The notes under the pieces were generated by a model, which did not search any database, was not told where the DNA came from, and saw only the letters and a list, made by a program, of their open reading frames with translations. Shown here piece by piece: positions 26,396 through 36,100 of a stretch of 55,094 nucleotides of DNA. Where the stretch lies: the IMG/VR virus record IMGVR_UViG_3300035703_000122, positions 1 through 55,094 of that record, one strand, 5' to 3'. How positions within the stretch are numbered: position 1 is the stretch's first letter; the number at the start of each line of letters is the position of its first letter. This DNA comes from a virus. Lineage: Duplodnaviria > Caudoviricetes. The translations under genes and the position numbers were made by a program.

Positions 26396-29300
26396 GCCGC
26401 GAGACCCAAGTACCGGCCATTCCGGCAGTTGGAGAGAGCAACCTCCTCCAGGCTGTCCAGGCGGTCAAGAACGCATTGGATGTGCGAGAGGGTCGCCTGG
26501 GCGATCCGCTCGATCAGTTCGTCACCTTGCGCGAGCTAAAGGCTCTCGGTCTGGCGTCTGACGGCGAGACGTCGCTCACCACTGTTGGCGGCACGGGTCG
26601 CCTGCCGGTCATTGGCTCCAATGGTGGGGCGTTCGGGCCGGACAACTACAACGAGTCCAACGACCTGACAACTCCTCCGCCTCCGACGCAGCTCGAGGCG
26701 ATTGGTCTGTACTCGTCCATCTCTCTGTCCTGGGGTGGTAACAACTACCGCAACCACGCCTACACCGAGATCTGGCGCAGTGACACAGACAACCTTGGGT
26801 CGGCCTCTTTGGTCGGCACCACGATCGGCAACCTGTACAACGACCCTGTTGGGACTGAGCGCACTTGCTTCTACTGGGTGCGATTCGTCTCCCAGGCCAA
26901 CGTCACCGGCCCGTACAACTCCACCTCTGGGACGTCTGCATCGACAGCCCTGGATGTTCTCACACGCCTCGAAATCCTGCGCCAGGAGATCCTGAACGAT
27001 CCCCTGACGATCGAGCTTGGCACGCGGATCAACAGACTGGAGGCTGTTACCGGCCTTGGCAATCTGGCCCCGCTTGAGCCGCTGCGACTGAGTGCGTCCA
27101 GTATCGACGTCAACAACTACATCCCGCCATCCGTCAAGGCTGAGCTGGATGCGGTAAAGGCATCGCTGGATCGTGAGAAGTCTGTTCGCGGCTCGGCGGT
27201 TATCTCCGTGGAGCGTGTTACTCGCGACCAAGCCACGCGCATCTCGTCGCTCGGCACTAGGGTGGGCGGTGCCGAATCCACCATCACCACGCTACAGAGC
27301 ACAACCGCCAATCAGGCGACGCAGATCAACACCCTCTCGACAAGGGTTGGATCTGCGGAGTCCTCCATCACCACGCTACAGACCACGACGGCGACACAGG
27401 CAACGTCGGTTCAGACCCTAACCACCAGGGTCGGAGAAGCAGAGTCTTCCATCACCTCTCTGCAAAGCACGACCGCAAGTCAGGCGACCTCGATTAACAG
27501 TCTGACGACTAGGGTCGGCAGCGCGGAGTCGTCCATCAGCTCATTGCAGACGACGACAGCCGGTCAAGCAACCTCGATCACCAGCCTGACTACACGGCTT
27601 GATGGAGCAGAGTCGAGCATCACGTCGCTTCAGCAGACCACTGCATATCAGGCAACGTCGATCACGTCTCTCTCGACTCGCGTCGGCACCGCTGAGTCGA
27701 GCATCGTCACGCTCCAGAACACGACGTCGTCTCAGGCAACGCAGATCAGCAGCCTGTCTACGACTGTTGGACAGAAGAACAGAACCTTTGCTCAGGACGA
27801 CGCGCCAACCGGCAGCTCGTACACCGTCAACGACGCCTGGTACGACACGAACGACGGGTTCCGGCTCTACCGCTGGAACGGTTCGAGCTGGGCCGATAGT
27901 TCGGACTCGCGCTTTACGTCCCAGGGTTCGGCAATCACGAGCTTGCAGAGCACGACCGCGACGCAGGCGACGTCGATCAGCTCGCTTACGACCCGCGTAG
28001 GCACCGCTGAAAGCAACATCGGCTCGCTGCAAACGACCACCTCGAGTCAGGCGACATCGATTTCGTCTCTGACCACCCGCGTCGGCAACGCCGAGACCTC
28101 GATCGTCAACCTGCAAAGTACAACATCCAGTCAGGCCACGTCGATCAGCCAGTTGACCTCGTCGGTCAGCAGCAACACGACGTCGATCCAGACCCTGACG
28201 TCCACGACCAACGGTCTGTCCGGACAGTACACGGTCAAGATCGACAACAACGGCCATGTGTCTGGCTTTGGTCTGGCCTCCACGACCACGACTGCTGGGC
28301 CGACCTCGGCATTCATCGTTCGCTCTGACCGGTTTGCCATCGTTGGCCCGAACGACGCGACGGATCCGCTTGGCACGACCAGCCCAACGAACGTGCCGTT
28401 CGTGGTGTTGACGACCCCGACGACGATCGGCGGCAAGGTGTACCCGGCTGGCGTGTGGATGAAGTCCACGTACATCGCGGACGCAACGATCACTAGCGCA
28501 CAGATTGAGACTCTGTCCGCCACTAAGATCACAGCCGGCACGATCACTGCGTCTATTGACCTTCAGTCGCCAACGGTTCGCTCGGGCAGCATCTCGCCCG
28601 GAACAGCGGGCTTCTACCTCGGACAGTTTGGCGGCGTCAACCAGTTCTACGTCGGTAACGGATCGACCGGCGTGTCCGGCAGGGCACTTCAGTTTGACGG
28701 CACCAACGCCACTGTTCGCGGAAACATCTTCGCCTATGGCGGGACGATCGGCGGAGTGTTGATTGACTCAAGCGGCATCTCGTCCACCAACTACGTCAGT
28801 GGTTCTTCGGGCTTCTCGCTGAATCAGAGCGGGGTTGCCGAGTTTCAGAACCTTACCGCTCGCGGAAACATCCAGGCCAGCAGTCTTCAGGCTGGCGTGG
28901 CAATGGTGACCACGGCCAATATTGTCGACGGCAACATCACCAGCGCAAAGATTGGCGATGCGCAGATCACGTCAGCAAAGATCGGCAACGCAGAGGTTGG
29001 CACACTAAAGATTGGTGGCAACGCTGTCACGGTTCCAAGCTACGGCTCAACCTTCGTCGACTACACGACATTCACCGCTTCTTGGTACACGGTGATGTCG
29101 ATGACGGTTCCGGTCAGCGGGCTTCAATCTGGCGAGTACATCGGCCTGATCGTTAACTCTGTCTCTTCTATCTACCCGGCTGACTCTGTTGCGACAGACG
29201 TCATCCTTGGGATCTTCATCAACGGAACGCTTGTCACCGAGTTGGCTGCAAGCATCAGCGGCTACGGGTTTAGCCACGGCGGGTCTGGCTACGCGTTAGT

Positions 29301-29400
29301 GACAAACGGCAGCAACACCGTGGAATTTAAGTACAGGGTCAACGCGAACAAAGTGATGACCATTGCGACCTACGCAACAGCACTGGCAGGCAAGCGATGA
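26392..29400 (+). CDS. Tail spike / host-specificity protein with 28-aa coiled-coil repeats
   Basis: FN3-like YTEIWRS...FYWVRFV, ATSISSLTTRVGSAES repeats, and YTVKID-NG-VSGFGL...DRFAI (DUF1983-like). Confidence 0.85.
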   Translation: MSRETQVPAIPAVGESNLLQAVQAVKNALDVREGRLGDPLDQFVTLRELKALGLASDGETSLTTVGGTGRLPVIGSNGGAFGPDNYNESNDLTTPPPPTQLEAIGLYSSISLSWGGNNYRNHAYTEIWRSDTDNLGSASLVGTTIGNLYNDPVGTERTCFYWVRFVSQANVTGPYNSTSGTSASTALDVLTRLEILRQEILNDPLTIELGTRINRLEAVTGLGNLAPLEPLRLSASSIDVNNYIPPSVKAELDAVKASLDREKSVRGSAVISVERVTRDQATRISSLGTRVGGAESTITTLQSTTANQATQINTLSTRVGSAESSITTLQTTTATQATSVQTLTTRVGEAESSITSLQSTTASQATSINSLTTRVGSAESSISSLQTTTAGQATSITSLTTRLDGAESSITSLQQTTAYQATSITSLSTRVGTAESSIVTLQNTTSSQATQISSLSTTVGQKNRTFAQDDAPTGSSYTVNDAWYDTNDGFRLYRWNGSSWADSSDSRFTSQGSAITSLQSTTATQATSISSLTTRVGTAESNIGSLQTTTSSQATSISSLTTRVGNAETSIVNLQSTTSSQATSISQLTSSVSSNTTSIQTLTSTTNGLSGQYTVKIDNNGHVSGFGLASTTTTAGPTSAFIVRSDRFAIVGPNDATDPLGTTSPTNVPFVVLTTPTTIGGKVYPAGVWMKSTYIADATITSAQIETLSATKITAGTITASIDLQSPTVRSGSISPGTAGFYLGQFGGVNQFYVGNGSTGVSGRALQFDGTNATVRGNIFAYGGTIGGVLIDSSGISSTNYVSGSSGFSLNQSGVAEFQNLTARGNIQASSLQAGVAMVTTANIVDGNITSAKIGDAQITSAKIGNAEVGTLKIGGNAVTVPSYGSTFVDYTTFTASWYTVMSMTVPVSGLQSGEYIGLIVNSVSSIYPADSVATDVILGIFINGTLVTELAASISGYGFSHGGSGYALVTNGSNTVEFKYRVNANKVMTIATYATALAGKR

Positions 29401-29972
29401 AGCGATTTATTTCTGTCGATGAGCGCGGCTTTGTGTATGGCTACGCGAGCGGCCTTGAGGCACCAGATCAGAGCTGGACTGAGATTGACTTTGATGCCAG
29501 CGAGGCCATGACTTCTCCGAACAGATTCAGGTTCGTTGATGGTCGGATTGTCGATACGGGATTGCCAAAGCTTCCACCCAAGCCACATATGCGCTGGGTC
29601 GATGGGCAATGGGTCGATCCGCGAGGCCTCGAGGCAGTCAAGTCCGACAAGTGGAACGAGATCAAGTCGCGCAGAGACGAAGAAGAGCACGGCGGTTTTG
29701 ATTGGGATGGGTCTCGCTTCGACTCAGACCAAGAGTCTCAGTCAAAGATCATTGGCGCGGTGCAGCTTGCTGGGCTATCCGACGCAGCGTTTGCGATTGA
29801 TTGGACATTGCAGGACAACACAGTAAGAGCGCTCGACAAGCAGCAAATGATTGCTGTTGGTCGTGCTCTTGCACAACACATCACATCAACGCATGAAACA
29901 GGTCGACAGCTTCGCCAACAGATTGAACTTGCATCGTCAATCGAGCAGGTTCAAGCGGTGAATTGGCCCTGA
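29397..29972 (+). CDS. DUF4376 tail assembly protein
   Basis: IKSRRDEEE, FDSDQESQ, WTLQDN and terminal VNWP. Confidence 0.8.
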   Translation: MKRFISVDERGFVYGYASGLEAPDQSWTEIDFDASEAMTSPNRFRFVDGRIVDTGLPKLPPKPHMRWVDGQWVDPRGLEAVKSDKWNEIKSRRDEEEHGGFDWDGSRFDSDQESQSKIIGAVQLAGLSDAAFAIDWTLQDNTVRALDKQQMIAVGRALAQHITSTHETGRQLRQQIELASSIEQVQAVNWP

Positions 29973-30026
29973 TTTTTGAGTCGTGCAACGTAGAATTTTG
30001 GCGCACACAGTTGGGATGTTGACACC

Positions 30027-30473
30027 ATGCTAAGGGTTCGTCGCGCCACAGAGGAAGACCTCGTTGATCTGTTCAAGTTGTCGGTGTTAATGCAGCGTGA
30101 AACAGACTTCAGTGCCTTCTCTTTCAATCCCGAGAAGACGATCAATTCCATCAGCGAATGGCTCCAGGGCAATGCTGTCTTTGTTGCCGACGATGGTGAT
30201 GAGATCGTTGGGATGCTTGCGGCAAGCAAGCGGACGCACGCCTTCAGTGATGACGAGGTCGCTTGCGAGGATGTGTTCTTTGTGCGGCAGGACAAGCGCG
30301 GCACACGCGCTGGCTATCTCTTGATGAAGAGCTTCATCGAGTGGGCTGGCAGTTGCGGCGCGCGTCATGTGAGAGCTGGAGTTTCTACGGGAACAGGCTC
30401 TGCCGCTGAGCGCCTTTATCAACACTTTGGCATGAAGCACATGGGCGGGAACTTCTCGCTCCATCTAGGGTAG
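30027..30473 (+). CDS. GNAT-family acetyltransferase
   Basis: VRRATEED, FFVRQDKRGTRAGYLLM and AERLYQHFG. Confidence 0.85.
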   Translation: MLRVRRATEEDLVDLFKLSVLMQRETDFSAFSFNPEKTINSISEWLQGNAVFVADDGDEIVGMLAASKRTHAFSDDEVACEDVFFVRQDKRGTRAGYLLMKSFIEWAGSCGARHVRAGVSTGTGSAAERLYQHFGMKHMGGNFSLHLG

Positions 30474-30483
30474 GAGACAGACT

Positions 30484-31773
30484 ATGCTTTGCGGTGATAC
30501 GCCCCAACCAGATCCACTCATCGGTCAGGCAGCAAAAGCCAACGCCGAGGTCGCAAAGGAGGCCTTGACTTGGTACAAGGATGTCTATGCGAATGAGCTT
30601 CTTCCGATTCAGAAGGAACAAGCTGCACTTGGCCGAACGCTCGTAGACCGATTCCTTGCGTCGCAAGACAAGCAAGAGAAGTTTGCTGACGAACAGAACC
30701 AGTACTACACCGACACATTCCGTCCTGTTGAGCGACAGGTCGCGCGTGATGCGATGGAGTACGACTCCGAAGCGAATGTCAACAGGCGCATGGGAATTGC
30801 TGGCGCGAATGTCGAGCAGGCTTACTCGCAGGCAGCTCAACAGAACGCTCGCAATCTGTCCCGCTATGGACTGAACCCGAACTCGTCAGCATTTGCGCTG
30901 ACCAACGAGCGCCTGTTGCGCGACTCCGCGCTCGCTAAAGCTGGTGCCCAAACTGGCGCGGCCTTTGACACGATGGATCGCGGCATTGCTCTGCGTGCTG
31001 GTGCGGCGAACTTTGGTCGCAATATGCCCAACACCGCAGCCTCGTACTACGGCGGGGCGAATGCTGCTGGCGGTGCGGCGATGGGCACGCAGGGGCAGAC
31101 ACTTGGTGGTGCGATCAACGCTGGGAGCTTTGCCGGTCAGGGGTTTAACACTGCGATCTCCGGCAACCAGTCTTCGGGCAACCTCATGTTGGGCGACTTC
31201 CAGGGTCGGATGCAGGGCTATGCCGCCCAGCAGCAGGCCGTTGGCGGTCTGTTCCAGGGTCTCGGCGCATTTGCTGGTATGGCCTATACGAAATCTTCCA
31301 AGGACTACAAGGAAGACAAGGCTGGCATCCAAGATGGCGTTGCGCTCAAGACGCTGGAGCGCATGGATGTCGAGTCCTGGAAGTACAAGGACGGCATCGA
31401 GGATAGCGACTACCACATCGGCCCCTACGCCGAAGACTTCCGCCGCGAGACTGGCATTGGTGACGGCAAGTCCATCCCCTTGCAGGATGCTGTTGGCATC
31501 ACGATGCGTGCGGTGCAAGACCTTGCGCAGGAGGTTCGAGGACTCAAGTCTGTTCAGGGCAAGGCTGACGGCGGAAAGGTTCACCGTGGACACGGCGGCG
31601 TTCGTGGCCCCGGAGGGCCTGTGGACGACAAGATTCCGGCCATGCTGAGCAACGGCGAGTATGTGCTTCCTGCCGACACCGTCAAAGCCATCGGGAAGAA
31701 GAAGCTCGACCAGCTTGTGAAGTCAACACACACCCCTGCGTCTGTTCAGCGGCGTCGGGCGATTGGAGGTTAA
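30484..31773 (+). CDS. Internal virion (ejection) protein with S74-like domain
   Basis: Ala/Gly/Gln-rich body, SSKDYKED...WKYK...HIGPYAEDF, and a C-terminal GPG...DKIPAMLSNGEYV motif. Confidence 0.75.
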   Translation: MLCGDTPQPDPLIGQAAKANAEVAKEALTWYKDVYANELLPIQKEQAALGRTLVDRFLASQDKQEKFADEQNQYYTDTFRPVERQVARDAMEYDSEANVNRRMGIAGANVEQAYSQAAQQNARNLSRYGLNPNSSAFALTNERLLRDSALAKAGAQTGAAFDTMDRGIALRAGAANFGRNMPNTAASYYGGANAAGGAAMGTQGQTLGGAINAGSFAGQGFNTAISGNQSSGNLMLGDFQGRMQGYAAQQQAVGGLFQGLGAFAGMAYTKSSKDYKEDKAGIQDGVALKTLERMDVESWKYKDGIEDSDYHIGPYAEDFRRETGIGDGKSIPLQDAVGITMRAVQDLAQEVRGLKSVQGKADGGKVHRGHGGVRGPGGPVDDKIPAMLSNGEYVLPADTVKAIGKKKLDQLVKSTHTPASVQRRRAIGG

Positions 31774-31776
31774 GAC

Positions 31777-33153
31777 ATGGCTATTGGACTAGGTGCCGTT
31801 GGGGGCTTTGCTCAGGGCTTTGCTCAGGGCATGAAGATTCAGACAGAGCGGGAGGACGCTGAGGCCCGTCGCAAGATGGAAGAGCGTCGCATGGCCCTGC
31901 TTGAGGATCAGGCTGGCCGCGAAGGCAAGAGGTGGGAATACGAAGAAGACAAGCTCAAGTCCGAAAGGGCGAGTCGAAGCAGGGTCGACGAAGCGGTCAA
32001 GCAGCTTGATGACATTGAAGCCGCAATGTCCAGTGGAAGTATTCTGGAATTTGGTCAAAAGCCCCGCGCCGCAATCCAGAGCGCCGCGCCGCAGCAAATG
32101 GAGGCTGCACCTGGAGTTCCGAATGCTGCCGGAGTGACCTCGTTCCCGGTTGCGTCAACTCCTTCTGCCGCCGCGCCTCAACAGACTGCTCAGAAGAACC
32201 CCTTTCTTACCGGGGCGGAGTCTTACAAGGATCGCGACGCCGCGCTCAACCGCTACTACGAACTCAAGTCAAGCGCCCTGACCAGCCTGTACCGGGCCAA
32301 GGGCGACTACGAGAAGGCCGAGGCGGTGCCCGAGCTTATGCGCCAGCTTCGCGACTCCAGGTGGTCTGAGAAAGTTGGTGCGTCAATGAGCGCGATGGTC
32401 GCCAACGCTCCTGGTGCTCGTGAGGCCTTTGCAAGCACCTATCGACTTGTGAATGACGGGTACGAACTGGATCCCAACTCCGGGAAATACAACCCAGAGA
32501 CGCTGACCTGGACGGGCCTCAAGCGAATCAACATCGAGACAGGCAAGCCCGAGATTTTTGACCTGACGCCCGAAGGCGCAATGACGCTTGCCAATAAGTA
32601 CAAGAAGCCTGACGAGGTCGTGAAGTTCCTGCTTGAGCGCGGCGACAAGAAGTTCACGCAGGGCCAGGAGGCGCGTCGCACAGCAGCAACGGAGACGCAG
32701 GCTGCGGCTGCGCAGACCTCTGCTCAAGCGGCGGCCTTGAAGGCCAAGACGGATGCCGAGGACGCACCAAGCGCCCGCAGGCTGCGCGACTCCCAGTCCA
32801 ACTACTACGACGCAAGGGCGGAGCAGGACAAGGCGGCAGGTCAGCAACAGATGGTCGCCAACACCATCAGCAGAATGTTCCCGATGTATGGCAAGCCATT
32901 CGACGCCATCAAGGTTGAGCTTGGCGCGACAAGCAAAGAGGAAGTCGCTGAGGCAAGGGCGCAGTGGGAGGCCGACCAGCGCGGGCACACCGCCGCCACC
33001 GTGCTTGCAGGAAACAACCCGAAGGTGCCCGCCACGGTGATTGCCGGACTGGTGCGCCACATGAGCCTTGGCAACCAGATGCCAACGCAGAAGGACGAGA
33101 ACGGCAAGTACATCGTGTACGGCAAGTACAAGATCTACAGCGCAACCAACTAA
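31777..33153 (+). CDS. Internal virion (ejection) protein
   Basis: GGFAQGFAQG N-terminus, helical composition, and position between ejection genes. Confidence 0.75.
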   Translation: MAIGLGAVGGFAQGFAQGMKIQTEREDAEARRKMEERRMALLEDQAGREGKRWEYEEDKLKSERASRSRVDEAVKQLDDIEAAMSSGSILEFGQKPRAAIQSAAPQQMEAAPGVPNAAGVTSFPVASTPSAAAPQQTAQKNPFLTGAESYKDRDAALNRYYELKSSALTSLYRAKGDYEKAEAVPELMRQLRDSRWSEKVGASMSAMVANAPGAREAFASTYRLVNDGYELDPNSGKYNPETLTWTGLKRINIETGKPEIFDLTPEGAMTLANKYKKPDEVVKFLLERGDKKFTQGQEARRTAATETQAAAAQTSAQAAALKAKTDAEDAPSARRLRDSQSNYYDARAEQDKAAGQQQMVANTISRMFPMYGKPFDAIKVELGATSKEEVAEARAQWEADQRGHTAATVLAGNNPKVPATVIAGLVRHMSLGNQMPTQKDENGKYIVYGKYKIYSATN

Positions 33154-33166
33154 GCAGGGGCGATTG

Positions 33167-36100
33167 ATGGCAATCGGGATTCGCGATGATCTGTTTGGCC
33201 TGGATAAGGCTGACCCGCTCTTCAAGACTGACAAGGAGGCGATGGCGGATGATGTTCTTCCGATCCTCGGCAAGCGATCTCGCGACCCACTGAGCGCCAG
33301 TCTTCCCGCTCCAGGCCCAATGCCATCTATGGAGCTGCCGCAGGCTCCTGTTGTGGCGACTGTGGCCTCCGCCTCGCCAAATCTTGTTGGGTTGGATGAC
33401 TTTGTTGGAATCCGCAGCAAGACACCGCCTGCCCAGGCAAAGCCGCAGGAAGGCATGGTCACGCTCGATGAGTTTCTTGGGGTCAAGCGCAAGGAGCCTG
33501 TTGAGCAGAAGATCGCAAGCGACAGTGGTGATGCCAGTCGAGGCTTCTCGGCTGCGATTCGACAGACGCCCGCAATGCTGAGGGGTGCTGTTGGTCTGGT
33601 CGGGGCGTCCGCCGAGAAGGTGTTCGGTGAGGGCGGGCTTTCAACAGACCTCAAGAAGTATGGTCTTGAGGGCTTTCAGAAGGGCATGGCTGAAATCCAG
33701 GCCGATGCCAAGGAAACCGACGAGCTTACGGAGTCTTGGAAGAAGGCTAAACAGGGCGACCTTGGCGCACTGGTTGATTGGGCGCAGTACGGCATTGGCT
33801 ACCTAGGCGGCAATGTGGTCGAGTCCATTGGGACGATGATCGTTGGTGGCGCTGTTGGCACGCTTGCTGCGCCTGGGGTCGGCACCATTGGTGGCGCTGT
33901 TGCTGGCGCGGCAGGCAAGGAGGCCGTGAAGGGGGTTGCCCGAAACCTCATTGAGGCTGCCGTCGCCAAGGAAGCACTCAAGATTGCCGAGAAGAGGGGG
34001 CTTGAGGCTGGCTCTGAGGCCGTGATGAAGCAGGCAACGAAGAATGTTGCTCGCAACATCGGCGCAACAACCGCAATGGCTGCAACCTCTATCGCCAAGG
34101 AGAGCGGGAGCATCTTTGGTGAGGCCGTAGAAGAGGCCGGAACAGACAGCCTGTCTGTTGGCGACCTGGCTCGCGTCTGGGGATCTGGCATCGCGGCAGG
34201 CTTGGTTGAGTTTGCAACAGACAAGCTGGGTCTTGATGCTGTGACCGGCAAGGTAAAGATCCCTGGCGGCGGCATCATGGGTCGCACCATGATTGGCGCG
34301 TCTGTTGGCGGAGCTGCCGAGGGCGGCACGGAGCTGCTTCAGACCGCAATCGAGCGTTTTGGAGCTGGCAAGCAGCTAACAGGCGAAGACGCGCTGCGCG
34401 ACTACATCAACAGCACGGCGCTTGGCGTGCTTGGCGGCAGCACATTCGGCGGCATCGCTGGCGCGCTTGGCCGAGGCCAGGGTAGCCAGGAAGAGATGAG
34501 CGCCATGAAACGCGCTCTCAAGGAGGCTGAGGCCGACATTGAGAGGGGTTCGTCTGGAACCCTGATGCGGGATGTGTTTGAGTCCATGATGAGCGACGAG
34601 AAGACTCGCGCAATCCTGGAGCAGAACAACATCACCTCCGGCGACGACCCGCGCCTTTTGTCGCTTGTGAAGTCGCAGATCAAGCGCGTCGAGTTGTTTG
34701 GGGATCTTGCCAGCCCGCCCACTGCGGAAGAGGCGGCACAGCGCACCAAGGAGCGCGGCGAGGATGTCCAGGCAGCGTTTGGCGACACGGCATCCACCGG
34801 CAGCGGTATTGGCACTGGCGCAAATGAGCCGGTGATCAAGCGCGAGTCTGTTGTTGCTGACCAAGAGAGTGGGGAACTCAAGCCTGTTAACGAGGCTGCG
34901 GGCATCCAGGCTGTTCAACTTCCAGAAGGCAAGAACACCCCCAGCACCACGGCCATGTCTGGCGAGGACATTGTTTCTCGTCAGCAGGGCTTTGAGGTCA
35001 TGCCAGCCATGCAGGTCGGCGAGTCCTCTGTTGCCAACAGGTTCCTGTCGACAGCACAGGCCGAGACCTTTTTGTTCGGCCCGGTTAACAAGGAAACTGG
35101 TAAACGGGAGGGCGGATACGCGGCGTCTGTCCCCGACATGGAGTTCCAGATTCGCCGTGGACAGCGATCGAAGGAGGCCGGTGGTGGCAGCTTCTACTTC
35201 ATTGAGGGTCGTGAGCGTCCTGCTCAACCTGCTTCTGGTGCTAATCCAGGCCCCGCTGCGGCTGCTCCTGCTCCTGCGGCTCCTGCTCCTAGTCCTGCTG
35301 CGACTCCGGCCCCGAGTCCGGCTCCAGCGCCAGCACCGGCTCCCGCTCCTGCGGTACAGGCTCCGAGTCCTGCGCCGACTCCTGCGCCGACCCCTGCCGC
35401 GCCTGTAACGCCACCCAGCGACCCGTATGAGGCGGGTCGATTCGCTTTCTCGCAGAAGCAAGAAATCTCTGCCAACCCGTTCGAGAAGGGCACAGAGGCG
35501 CACGACCTGTTCAATGACGGCTTCCTGGACGCGATGGATCCCGACTCGAAGTCGGCTGCGCCCAAGACAAAGGCGAATGCAGAGTTCACCGCCCCTGCAA
35601 CTCCTGCAACACCCGCAACATCCGACGCCACCGAAACACCCGCAGCCCCAACGCCTCCCAAGGAGACTGTTGAGCAGAAGCTGAAGAACAAGAATAAACA
35701 GAAAAAGGCTGAAGCCAAGAAGTCTGCGGAGAAGTCGGAGCTTCCGAAGGCTGATGACAAGTCAGGGGCGACAAAGCCAACGAATGCCGAGAGGGTGCAG
35801 AAGGCCGTCGAGCAGGGGCAAATCAAGCTCGCCGGACAGAAATGGAGCCAGTACGCGCCGAAGGGTGTTGCGTTCGATAGCCTGACGCCTGATGCAAAGA
35901 AGCGTTGGGCAGAAGCCGTCAGCGAAGGCAGGCCAAACATGGCGCTTGCCGAAGAGTTGTCGGCTGGGCAGGCAGCAAAGACCGAGGCAAAAGCCGACGC
36001 GAAGGCAGAGCAGAAGGCCGCGCCGAAGAATGACCGGGGTGCCGCTCGGCAAGAGGCGATTGACTTCTGGGAAGACAACGACGACGGATCTGTTCCGCAC

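Noticed and set aside
27225-28215. CRISPR-like array
   Set aside because: The repeats are in-frame protein repeats with synonymous variation and no unique spacers. No cas genes are present.
17205-29400. Diversity-generating retroelement acting on tail fibres
   Set aside because: No reverse transcriptase ORF, and no TR/VR pair differing at adenines was seen.
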